This document shows positions 27,070-35,993 of a DNA stretch of 35,993 bases, one piece after another. The notes under the pieces are model-generated. The model saw only the letters and a list, made by a program, of their open reading frames with translations. It made no database searches and was not told the DNA's origin. Numbering within the stretch: the stretch's first letter is position 1; the number at the start of each line of letters is the position of its first letter. This DNA comes from Promethearchaeota archaeon (GTDB lineage Archaea > Asgardarchaeota > Lokiarchaeia > Sigyniarchaeales > SOKP01): NCBI GenBank assembly GCA_016926735.1, contig JAFGOA010000021.1, positions 1 to 35,993 of the forward strand, read 5' to 3'. The position numbers were made by a program, and so were the translations under genes.

Positions 27070-29646
27070 CTATTGAGGGTTATTAAGATAATCTAGTAAT
27101 TTTTGAGCCTCTTCCACTAAAGGATTTGGATTATCTATTTCATTCCAATAATTAAGAGCATCTTTTACAATCTCTTTAGCTTTTTCAACATCATTTACAC
27201 GGATTAAACTTAATGATAGATAATAACAAGCCATCCCTGCTAAGTTATAATCTTTTCGTTCAATTGATGAATTTTTTACTATTGTATAAAGCTCTACAGC
27301 TTTCCCATAATTTTCTTGAGAAAAATAAACTCCAGCTAGATTTATCATAGTAATATCCCTTAATCCGATTTTATTTGCCTTTTCAGCAAGTTGAATTGAT
27401 TCATTATATTGTTCTATTGCTTTTCCAAGATCTCCTGATTTCACAGTAATATTAATAATATTTGCTTTTGTTGTTAATATAGCGGGAATATCCTCTATCT
27501 CTTGAAATATTTCTAAAGCTTCCGTATAATATTTCAGCGCATCTTCCAATTTTTCCATTCTATAATATAAATTTCCGATATTTGCTGTTGAATTCGCCAT
27601 CATTTTGATTTGTCCTGCTTTTTTTTTATTCTCATATGATTTCAGATAATTTTTTAAGGCTTCTTCATATCTTCCTTGTTGCTCCAAGAGAATTCCAAGA
27701 TTATTATAAATATTTGCGGCTCTCCCTTCTAAACCCAATTTATTTGCCTCGATAAGCGCATTGTTATAGATTTCAATAGCTTTTCCAAAATTACCTTGAA
27801 ATTGAACAGCTAATCCCATTTTTTCCCACATATCCATTATTAATATAGCATCATCAACTTCATTTATTAATGAATTTGTTTCTATCAAAATATCATAAGC
27901 TCCCGAGTAATCTCCACTTTCAAATTTAAAATCAGATTCTGTTAATTTTGCTCTCGCAATACCTTCTTTATCTCCAGAAAGATAGGCTTTCTCTTTTGAT
28001 AATTTAAGATTTTTTATTGCTAATTCATTCTCACCTTTATCAAAATTTAGCCTTGCTAAATTTCTATAAGCTTTTGATAAAAGTTCATCATCATAAAGTC
28101 TGGTAAAAATCTCTATTGCTTTATTCGTATCCTTCTCAGCAATTTCTATATTTCCTAACTCTGATTCAGTCAATGATTTACTTGAATAAGCTAATCCTAA
28201 TGTAAATTCCTCACCATTTTTAATAGATAATTCTATCGCTTCATTATATGCGTCTAGAGCGTCTTGAAATTTACCAAGATTATTATAAAGAACCCCTAAT
28301 CCAAGTAATGATGTGATAATCCCATAATAATCATTGTTTTCTCTCCATATTCTAACTACTTCTTCCATATTTTTCTCTGCTTTTACATATTCTCCAAAAA
28401 GTTGTTGCATCTTTGATATCTCATAAACAGAAGTTATATATCCTTCTTTATCTTCTATAATCTTAAATTCTGCCATAGCTTTTTCGTAATAAGAAATAGA
28501 TTCTTGATTCTCATTAAAATTTCTTAAAACTTTTCCATACTCGTTAAACAATATTGCTTTTACACGAGCGTTCATTTTATACTTATCAATGTTTTCCATT
28601 AAATCTTCTAAAATTGATCTTACTTGTTCTTTTAATCCTGTAGTATATCCAATATCAATTAAGATAAGTAAAGACACAATTTCCCCCCTTTTCTTAGCCC
28701 AATTTAAAGAATGATTTTTAATTTTCTCTAGCTTTTCTTGTTTTATTTTTTCAATCTTATTTTCTTTTCTTTCAAATTCTTTGGGTGGGGTTATATTGTT
28801 TGGTAAGAGTGTTTTTAAATTATCTAACCAATTAGGTAAAGTACCATAATCAATAATTCCTCGATCATTGCCATAAAGGTCACTTAATTCTATAACTGCT
28901 TTTGGAGGTTTTGCATTTTCCAAAAAAAGCCATAGATAACCAGGAGAATCATTCATTCTATGTCTTAATCCTAAATAATTAGGTTCGGCATCTAGATCTG
29001 CCCCTGAATAACCTAAAAATATCCAAAAATTCTGTGCTCCTATAATATTTAACACTTGGGTGATTTTATGATCTAAACCTTGTTTTCTTTGTTTCAATGT
29101 ATCTATACAAGTCTCTGGACGAGTAGCTGTACCATGTAATTTTAATAATAAGCAAGAATTATCATCTTCATTTGAGTTCTCTAGTAATTTGAGAATTTCC
29201 TTATACTCCTCTGGATCGACATAAACCTTTATAGATGCTCCAACCATTTTAAATGCTTTCTCAATAAGTGTATCGAAGTTTGTTGTTATAATCAATTTAA
29301 TTTTTCCTATTTTTGCTAAAGTAGCTAACCATAAATGAATTTGATTAGGAATATCCCCTTCTAAACCTTGTAAAACTTCAAAATATGATTCACCAATCCT
29401 ATCACTTATAATTTCAGAAACATATTCCGGTGGAAGTTTACCTTCTTCTTCTCTTAATTTTATTAAATTTGTAAAATTGGGAATCTCAGGATTAATTGAA
29501 CTGGATAAAATGGTAAGAGAATCAAGAATTATATGATTTACTTCCCACCAACTTGGCAAACTGGACGGTGGAATCATTGAAACTCCGGCACCAATAAAAA
29601 AGACTGCTTTTTTGTTCTCTATTATCTCTAAAATTTTTTGATTCAT
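27070..29646 (-). CDS. SIR2-like domain fused to a long TPR array
   Basis: FIGAGVS...LPSW, IITTNFD, LKLHG and FLGYSG, followed by many ~40-aa TPR units (e.g. NNLGILLEQQGRYEEALKNY). Start is ATG 29646 or TTG 29658. Confidence 0.88.
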   Translation of the reverse strand: MNQKILEIIENKKAVFFIGAGVSMIPPSSLPSWWEVNHIILDSLTILSSSINPEIPNFTNLIKLREEEGKLPPEYVSEIISDRIGESYFEVLQGLEGDIPNQIHLWLATLAKIGKIKLIITTNFDTLIEKAFKMVGASIKVYVDPEEYKEILKLLENSNEDDNSCLLLKLHGTATRPETCIDTLKQRKQGLDHKITQVLNIIGAQNFWIFLGYSGADLDAEPNYLGLRHRMNDSPGYLWLFLENAKPPKAVIELSDLYGNDRGIIDYGTLPNWLDNLKTLLPNNITPPKEFERKENKIEKIKQEKLEKIKNHSLNWAKKRGEIVSLLILIDIGYTTGLKEQVRSILEDLMENIDKYKMNARVKAILFNEYGKVLRNFNENQESISYYEKAMAEFKIIEDKEGYITSVYEISKMQQLFGEYVKAEKNMEEVVRIWRENNDYYGIITSLLGLGVLYNNLGKFQDALDAYNEAIELSIKNGEEFTLGLAYSSKSLTESELGNIEIAEKDTNKAIEIFTRLYDDELLSKAYRNLARLNFDKGENELAIKNLKLSKEKAYLSGDKEGIARAKLTESDFKFESGDYSGAYDILIETNSLINEVDDAILIMDMWEKMGLAVQFQGNFGKAIEIYNNALIEANKLGLEGRAANIYNNLGILLEQQGRYEEALKNYLKSYENKKKAGQIKMMANSTANIGNLYYRMEKLEDALKYYTEALEIFQEIEDIPAILTTKANIINITVKSGDLGKAIEQYNESIQLAEKANKIGLRDITMINLAGVYFSQENYGKAVELYTIVKNSSIERKDYNLAGMACYYLSLSLIRVNDVEKAKEIVKDALNYWNEIDNPNPLVEEAQKLLDYLNNPQ

Positions 29647-29829
29647 TGCCCTTCTCAATCTATTTATAAATAACCTTATTAATATCTGAGTACTAAAAAT
29701 TTAAAGTTTTTGAAAAAATATTCAATTCTTATTTTTAAAATATAAATATTTGATTCTGATTTTCTTACCTAAACTAATAAAAAATTTTTGTAAAATAAAT
29801 AATAAATTCTAACAATTATTTGATTCAAT

Positions 29830-31749
29830 ATGGATAAGTTCGATTATAAAAAATTAGGTCTCAAATGTGGACTTGAAATACATCAACAATTAAATTCAAA
29901 AACAAAATTGTTTTGCAGATGTCCTAATGAGCTTCAAGGAACAAAAAATCCAGATTTTACATTAAAACGGTTTATGCGTCCTGTACTTGGAGAAATGGGG
30001 GTCTATGATGAAGCTATGCTTACTGAATATCTTAAAGGAATGACTATTATTTATGAAGGATATAATGATTTGATTTGTACTTATGAACTTGATGAAACAC
30101 CCCCCTTTTCATGTAATAAAGAAGCAATAAATATCGCAATTGAAATCGCTTTACTACTCCAGTCAAACATTATTGAAGAAATGCATGTATGTAGAAAAAA
30201 TTATCTAGATGGAAGTGTACCTTGTGGGTTCCAAAGAACGATGATCTTAGCAAAAGATGGGTGTATAGAATTAGAAAATGGAAAAAAAATAGGAATTGAT
30301 ATATTATGTTTAGAGGAAGATGCTGCAAGGAAAATTAAAACTGACAATAAAATTAATTATTTCAGATTAGACAGACTGGGCATTCCTCTTGTGGAAATAG
30401 CTACAAAACCGGATATAAATACTCCAATAGAATGTAGGGATGCGGCAGAAAGATTAGGATTGTTATTGTGGTCAACAAATGTAAAAAAAGTCCTTGGTTC
30501 AATCAGACAAGATGTTAATGTAAGTATAAAAGAAGGAACTAGAATCGAAATTAAAGGGGTTCAGAAATTGGATTGGATTCCCATATTAATTAATCATGAA
30601 ATATCAAGACAACTTGAATTAGTGAATATAAAAAGTGAATTAGAAAATAGAGGATTAAAAGCAACTAACATTTTTAAAAAATCAATTGATTTATCAAAAG
30701 CTTTAGGAAAAACTAAATCTAATTTTATATTGAAAGGAATTAAATCTGGAAAACAACTTTACGGAATTAATATTGAAGGATTTAAAGGTATATTTGGTAA
30801 GGAATTATCAGTAGATTATCGTTTTGGATCTGAAATATCGAGTAAAGTAAAATCTATTTCAGGAATAAGGGGAATAATTCATTCTGATGAAGATTTAAAT
30901 AAATACAAATTTTCTGAAAATGATATTAACAAAATCAAAGAATTATTGGAATATAATGACAATGACTGTTTTGTACTCATTTTAGGATATAAAAAAGAGA
31001 TTGAAAAAGCAATAGATACTATAATAAAAAGAGTTCAATATGCATTCAAAGGTGTTCCTCCTGAGACAAGGAAGGCATTAGATAATGGAAATACTGAATT
31101 CTTAAGGGAGCTTCATGGAGGTGCAAGATTATATCCAGATACTGATTCTCAAGCAATAATTAATTCAGTAGAAAATATAAATAGAATTAAAAAAGCACTT
31201 CCGAAATATCCGTGGGATATAATCAAAGATTATTCTAATAAATTTAAAATCAGTGATGATAAAATAAAAGATCTTATTTTCACAGGAAATTTGGATTTAT
31301 TTAATATCTTGCTAGAAATATATCCAGAAAATCCTATATTAATAATAACAACTTTACTAGATTTGACTACTGCTCTAAGAAGAGATGGAAAGAATATAGA
31401 TAACGTTATGGAAAAAGATTTTAAGTCTATCTTCAATCTTTTACGTAAAAAAGAAATAGGTAAAGAGGCGATAGAGGAATTAATGACCTTAAAATCAGAG
31501 CAACCACATTTATCAATAGAAGAAATTAAACAAGAATTGAATATCGAAAGTATATCATTGGAGGATTTAAGAAAGATAATTGTAAAAAAAATAAACAATA
31601 CAATAAATCTTATTAAAGAAAAAGAAATGAATGCTATGGGACCATTAATGGGTGAAGTAATGAAAGAAGTAAGAGGAAAAATTGATGGAAAAATAGTGTC
31701 TGAAGAATTAAAAAAAGAATTAATCAATAAATTAGAGGCGTTAAAATAA
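29830..31749 (+). CDS. gatE: Glutamyl-tRNA(Gln) amidotransferase subunit E
   Basis: GLKCGLEIHQQL, KLFCRC, GFQRT, LEEDAARK, LDRLGIPLVEI, IRQDVNVSI and GVPPETR. Confidence 0.96.
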   Translation: MDKFDYKKLGLKCGLEIHQQLNSKTKLFCRCPNELQGTKNPDFTLKRFMRPVLGEMGVYDEAMLTEYLKGMTIIYEGYNDLICTYELDETPPFSCNKEAINIAIEIALLLQSNIIEEMHVCRKNYLDGSVPCGFQRTMILAKDGCIELENGKKIGIDILCLEEDAARKIKTDNKINYFRLDRLGIPLVEIATKPDINTPIECRDAAERLGLLLWSTNVKKVLGSIRQDVNVSIKEGTRIEIKGVQKLDWIPILINHEISRQLELVNIKSELENRGLKATNIFKKSIDLSKALGKTKSNFILKGIKSGKQLYGINIEGFKGIFGKELSVDYRFGSEISSKVKSISGIRGIIHSDEDLNKYKFSENDINKIKELLEYNDNDCFVLILGYKKEIEKAIDTIIKRVQYAFKGVPPETRKALDNGNTEFLRELHGGARLYPDTDSQAIINSVENINRIKKALPKYPWDIIKDYSNKFKISDDKIKDLIFTGNLDLFNILLEIYPENPILIITTLLDLTTALRRDGKNIDNVMEKDFKSIFNLLRKKEIGKEAIEELMTLKSEQPHLSIEEIKQELNIESISLEDLRKIIVKKINNTINLIKEKEMNAMGPLMGEVMKEVRGKIDGKIVSEELKKELINKLEALK

Positions 31750-33111
31750 GTGATAGAAAAATTAAAAGGTTATAAAGATGAAGCAAAAGATATTCTTGAG
31801 AAAAATGGAATTAATATTTGGGATATCATAAATATTAAAACTAAAGAAAGTATATATGAAGGAATATTACTTCCAAGAAATGAATATTCAGCATCCAATT
31901 TTATTGAAATAAAGTTAGGTAATAATTATAATATTGGTATTGATGTCTCAAAGATAATAAATATTGAAAAAACTGGAGAAAAAAAAGCTGATTATAAGAT
32001 CCCAGAAAAAAAATTTCCTAAAAATAAATCTCTTCCTAATATTATACTCTTTGGAACTGGAGGAACAGTTGCTTCAAGATTAGATTATACTACAGGTGCT
32101 GTTATTCCATCTTTTACTCCTGGAGAATTATTTAGTGCCGTTCCAGAATTAGCAGATATTTGCAACATTGAAACAGAAATCGTTTTTGAAATATTATCTG
32201 AAAATATGAAACCTGAATATTGGCAAAAATTGGCATTGAAAATTGAAAAAGCAACAAGAGAAGGCATAGATGGAATTATAATTGGACATGGAACTGATAC
32301 AATGGGGTTTACATCCGCAGCTTTGTCATTTATGCTAAAAGATCTCAATATTCCAGTAGTTCTTGTAGGTAGTCAAAGAAGTTCTGATAGACCCTCCTCA
32401 GATGCAGCATTAAACTTGATTAATGCTTCAACTGTAGCAACATCAGATATCGCTGAGGTAACCGTTTGTATGCTTGGTTCTTCCGCACATGATTATGGTC
32501 TTATTCATAGAGGAACCTTAGTAAGAAAAATGCACTCTTCTGTAAGGCATACATTTAGAACTATTGATGATATTCCTCTCGGAATGGTCAAAGACAAGAA
32601 AATTACAATGTTTAAACAAGATTATCAAAAACGATCGGATAAAATTACTACAGCTAAAGTTGATTTTGAAAAAAAAGTTGCATTAATTTATTCTTATCCA
32701 GGGATGGAAAATGATATTATTGATTTTTATGTTGATAAAGGATATAAAGGAATTGTTATTGCTGGGACTGGCTTAGGTCATGTAAGCACTATGGTTTATG
32801 ATTCGATAAAAAGAGCAATACAAGAAGATATTACTATTCTTATGACAGTGCAAACACTTCATGGATTTACAGGTATGAATGTTTACTCCACAGGTAGACA
32901 ACTTCTCAATATGGGAGTACTTTCTGGAAAAAATATGTTACCTGAAACTGCTTATATAAAACTAGGATGGACTTTAGGACAAACAAAAAATAAAAAAGAA
33001 ATTCAAAAATTATTATTAAGTAATATATCTGGTGAATTAATCGAAAGAGAATTACCAATAGCATTTAATTATAATATCGATCATCTATTAAAAAATAAGG
33101 ATTTATTCTGA
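31750..33111 (+). CDS. gatD: Glutamyl-tRNA(Gln) amidotransferase subunit D
   Basis: TGGTVASRLDY, HGTDTM, GSQRSSDRPSSDA, RKMHSS and GTGLGH. GTG start directly follows the gatE TAA. Confidence 0.96.
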   Translation: MIEKLKGYKDEAKDILEKNGINIWDIINIKTKESIYEGILLPRNEYSASNFIEIKLGNNYNIGIDVSKIINIEKTGEKKADYKIPEKKFPKNKSLPNIILFGTGGTVASRLDYTTGAVIPSFTPGELFSAVPELADICNIETEIVFEILSENMKPEYWQKLALKIEKATREGIDGIIIGHGTDTMGFTSAALSFMLKDLNIPVVLVGSQRSSDRPSSDAALNLINASTVATSDIAEVTVCMLGSSAHDYGLIHRGTLVRKMHSSVRHTFRTIDDIPLGMVKDKKITMFKQDYQKRSDKITTAKVDFEKKVALIYSYPGMENDIIDFYVDKGYKGIVIAGTGLGHVSTMVYDSIKRAIQEDITILMTVQTLHGFTGMNVYSTGRQLLNMGVLSGKNMLPETAYIKLGWTLGQTKNKKEIQKLLLSNISGELIERELPIAFNYNIDHLLKNKDLF

Positions 33112-33236
33112 TATTATATATTCTTTTTTTTCTCTATATCGAATTTTTTTTTACAACACAAAACAATAAACAATAAAAATTTTATATTTTCTTTTATTTA
33201 CTAAAATAATTAATTATTTATAATAATGTGAATCAG

Positions 33237-33965
33237 ATGGGAAAACGAATACTTGCACAGAGGAAAGGGCAAGGACACTTATGGGCGAGATCTCCTAGTC
33301 ATAGACACGTTGGCGAAGTAAGATATCGCTCCTTTCAAGAAAAGGATAAAGCATTTAATTTTAAAATTACAGAATTAGTTCATTCTCCAGGGAGAGGTGC
33401 TCCTGTTGCTAGAATCAGATATGATGATGGAGAAAAAGGATTATTTCTCCCACCAGAAGGGATATATGAGGGACAAACTTTTATTCAATCAAAAACAGGT
33501 TATGGTCTTGATATAACTGTTGGAAATATTATACCTTTAAAAAAAGTGCCCTTAGGGACTTTAATTTACAATATTGAAGGAACACCTATGGATGGGGGAA
33601 AATTTGCCCGAGCTTCAGGAGTTTCGGCTGTTGTAAAAGAGAAAACAAAGGATGGGGTAAAAATTATGTTTCGTTCTAAAAAAATGAAATGGTTTAATAA
33701 AAATTGTCTTTGTACCATAGGAGTTGTAGCTGGTGGTGGTCGAACAGACAAACCCTTCTTGAAAGCAGGTGCAAAACATTATTATGTTCAATCAAAAGCT
33801 AAAAAATGGCCTGTCGTTCGTGGATGTACAATGAATGCTGCATCTCACCCTTATGGCGGTGGAGCAAAACAATCACCTCACAAACCTACAACAACTAGAA
33901 GAGGAGCTCCTCCTGGTCGAAAAGTTGGCCAAATAGCAGCAAGAAGAACTGGTCATCAGAATTAA
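33237..33965 (+). CDS. rpl2: 50S ribosomal protein L2 (uL2)
   Basis: MGKRILAQRKG, PGRGAP, GVVAGGGR, WPVVRG and PPGRKVGQIAARRTG. ATG at 33237. Confidence 0.96.
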   Translation: MGKRILAQRKGQGHLWARSPSHRHVGEVRYRSFQEKDKAFNFKITELVHSPGRGAPVARIRYDDGEKGLFLPPEGIYEGQTFIQSKTGYGLDITVGNIIPLKKVPLGTLIYNIEGTPMDGGKFARASGVSAVVKEKTKDGVKIMFRSKKMKWFNKNCLCTIGVVAGGGRTDKPFLKAGAKHYYVQSKAKKWPVVRGCTMNAASHPYGGGAKQSPHKPTTTRRGAPPGRKVGQIAARRTGHQN

Positions 33966-34108
33966 AATCCTTTTTATTTTACTCAAGGATCTAAATTTTA
34001 CTTTTTTCTAATAATAACATCTTTATTATTTATTTTAGATATAACAGAAGTGATCTATCTATTAATATACAAGAAATAATAATGAAAAAAGAAATTAAAT
34101 AAAGAAAT

Positions 34109-35008
34109 TTATAACTGATAATTAATACTTATATTTTTCATTAGTTCTTTATATCTGGAGCGGAGAGTTACTTCCGTAACACCCACGACAGTAGATATTT
34201 CTTTTTGGCTTACTCGTTTATTTTTTAGTTTTGATACTAAATATATTGAACCCGCACACAAACCTTTAGGATCTTTTCCACAAATTGCATTTTTGTCAAT
34301 AAAACCCCTTAATATTTTAACGACATTTTTTTCAATTTCGATAGGAAGGCCTAAATCAGCACAATAACGAGGGATTAAAGAAATTGGATCTATATTTGGA
34401 GGTTTTAAATTTAATTCTCTGACAAGAATTTTATAACATTTTTTAACAATATTATCGCTTATTGAAGCCTCATCTAATATTTCTTGTAGAGTAATAGGTA
34501 CTTTTTCCTCTTTGCATTTATAATAAGCACAGGCAGCAATCATTCCATTAATAGATCTACCTCTTAAAAGATTCCTTTTATAAACTTGTTTATAGAGTTT
34601 TACAGCCGCCTTTTTTACTCTTTCTGGAAAATTAAGATTACTACCGATTCGTTTTAATTCCGTAATAGCTATAAGCATATTACGTTTTTCCCATGATAGG
34701 TGGGTATTCCATTTTGCAGCTCTTCTTAAATCTGGATTCTTTATCTTTGTGCGATCAATAATTGTTGATAAGCCAATATCCGGCATTAAAATAGAGATTG
34801 GACATCCTGTTCTCTCCTTTTTTTCTTTCTCTCTTTTTGTATATGCCCTAATTCCACTATGGGATATATCTAATAATCGTTCCCCAATTACTAAACCACA
34901 TTGTTTGCAGACAGTTTCTCCTCTTTCATCAATTGATATTGTAAAACCCCCACATTCAGGACATATATTAGATATATCACAAATAGTTGTTCGTTCAGTT
35001 TCTACCAT
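34109..35008 (-). CDS. tfb: Transcription initiation factor IIB (TFB), divergent paralogue
   Basis: CPECG...VCKQCGLV zinc ribbon, cyclin repeats (LLRGRSI, GKDPKGLCAG) and VTEVTLRSRYKEL. ATG at 35008 is preferred. Confidence 0.92.
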   Translation of the reverse strand: MVETERTTICDISNICPECGGFTISIDERGETVCKQCGLVIGERLLDISHSGIRAYTKREKEKKERTGCPISILMPDIGLSTIIDRTKIKNPDLRRAAKWNTHLSWEKRNMLIAITELKRIGSNLNFPERVKKAAVKLYKQVYKRNLLRGRSINGMIAACAYYKCKEEKVPITLQEILDEASISDNIVKKCYKILVRELNLKPPNIDPISLIPRYCADLGLPIEIEKNVVKILRGFIDKNAICGKDPKGLCAGSIYLVSKLKNKRVSQKEISTVVGVTEVTLRSRYKELMKNISINYQL

Positions 35009-35450
35009 ATTTACCCCTTTATTATAAAGATAAATTGTCTCCAAATATTTTTTAGTAAAAAGAAAATATTTTTTTATACACAATTAATCTTTTTTTTGTA
35101 ATATATTTGTATATGACAAGGGTATATTTAAAGGTTTTGTTATAAAAATATTAGTCAATCAATCTTTTTGTTATAATAAATCATTTATTTTATAATAAAA
35201 TCAGTACAAAATATAGTTTAAATGTTTATATCTTTAAAATATAAAAAATTGGGATTTGTGTACAAAAACAGATTGAACACAAAAAAACTTGAAAATTTTT
35301 AATTTTTTATCAACATAAATTTAAATTAAACCTTTTTTATTATAAAGACAGTTTAAATGGCTTAGCTAATATTAGTCAAAAACATAGATAATTTTTCCCT
35401 AAATTAAAAAAATTTTCCAATTCAAACAAATATTAAGGTATCACTAATTT

Positions 35451-35993
35451 ATGAGTAAGAGAGAATTAGAAAGAGATAAAGAATTCATTGATAAATTGGA
35501 GTCGCATAGTGATTTTGATAAAGATTCACAAATGAAAGAATATGAAGAGGAAACTGGGAAATATGCGATATGGAGAGGAGTAGTAACTGAAGGATTTAAA
35601 CGATGGGTGCGAGGAGAAAAAATATATGATCGGAATAAAGAACGAATTTCTCTTTATGTTTCTGAAGAAACTAAAAATATTTGGCAAGAATTTTTGGATC
35701 AGAATAATTTATCTACACTTTCTAAACTTATTAGAATGAGTGTTAAAAGTTTTATAAATAAGTATAGTAATTCTTCAGATGATATTTCAAAATTAAACCC
35801 TTCTAATGTATCAAGAATATCACATGCTCTTAAAGAACCTCTTACATCAATAAAAGGATATGCTCAATTAATATTAGAAAATTATAAAGATCACCTTAGT
35901 GAACAGATTTATAGTACAATTAGAAATATTTTTGACCAAAGTATACTTCTGGAAAATAAAATAATTCAATTTTTGGATAATATCAGAATTCAA
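35451..35993 (+). CDS. Partial ORF running off the window end: ribbon-helix-helix-like domain fused to a HisKA-like dimerisation/phosphoacceptor domain
   Basis: Translated by hand from ATG 35451 with no stop to the window end. KERISLYVSEETKNIWQEF...LSKLIRMSV is RHH-like. ISHALKEPLTSIKGYAQLI is H-box-like. Confidence 0.75.
   Translation, partial: MSKRELERDKEFIDKLESHSDFDKDSQMKEYEEETGKYAIWRGVVTEGFKRWVRGEKIYDRNKERISLYVSEETKNIWQEFLDQNNLSTLSKLIRMSVKSFINKYSNSSDDISKLNPSNVSRISHALKEPLTSIKGYAQLILENYKDHLSEQIYSTIRNIFDQSILLENKIIQFLDNIRIQ

Noticed and set aside
17039-35008. Additional stop-free 30-nt introns in mat, flpA, nop5, pyrD, pyrK, elp3, gatE, gatD, rpl2 or tfb
   Set aside because: By eye their conserved motifs are contiguous with no 10-aa insertions. 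A formal alignment would be needed to exclude them fully.
800-35027. Antisense or overlapping small ORFs (800..985, 4330..4692, 4685..4894, 4902..5105, 7084..7311, 10662..10865, 10902..11237, 14808..15011, 19965..20183, 21791..21973, 22364..22771, 24936..25151, 31230..31727, 32085..32348, 33566..33751, 34749..35027)
   Set aside because: All overlap well-supported genes and have the I/F/S-rich composition typical of shadow frames in AT-rich DNA.
35009-35450. Hidden ncRNA or replication origin in the long AT-rich intergenic region
   Set aside because: No GC-rich structured segment or ORB-like repeat was seen. It is consistent with divergent promoters, and individual TATA boxes cannot be assigned reliably at this AT content.

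Overview
Very AT-rich archaeal chromosomal window, most consistent with an Asgard archaeon (Lokiarchaeia-like). The lineage is inferred from gene content and protein style: elf1, SmAP3-type Lsm, archaeal MAT, rnhB-fibrillarin-nop5, pyrD/pyrK, elp3, gatE/gatD, rpl2 and tfb. The main signal is that two conserved genes, elf1 (minus strand) and rnhB (plus strand), are each interrupted inside their most conserved motif by an exactly 30-nt insertion with in-frame TAA stops. Both insertions fold with their flanks into relaxed bulge-helix-bulge (BHB) structures and share an equally placed internal hairpin with compensatory base changes. They look like a family of tiny mRNA introns of the type cut by the tRNA splicing endonuclease. 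Other highlights are: an 8-gene operon (1576-10394) with a degenerate SMC-like protein, a kite/MAGE-like tandem winged-helix protein, an IetA-like AAA+ ATPase and a duplicated Zn-ribbon/PC4-like protein; a small coiled-coil/proline-rich protein with a WASH/VASP-like C-terminal helix; an AN1-zinc-finger rhomboid pseudoprotease next to an AN1-like site-2 protease; SWIM-TIR and SIR2-TPR genes flanking elp3; and an RHH-HisKA fusion cut off by the window edge. No rRNA, tRNA, CRISPR array or IS element was recognised. All family calls are motif recognition by eye, not database searches.
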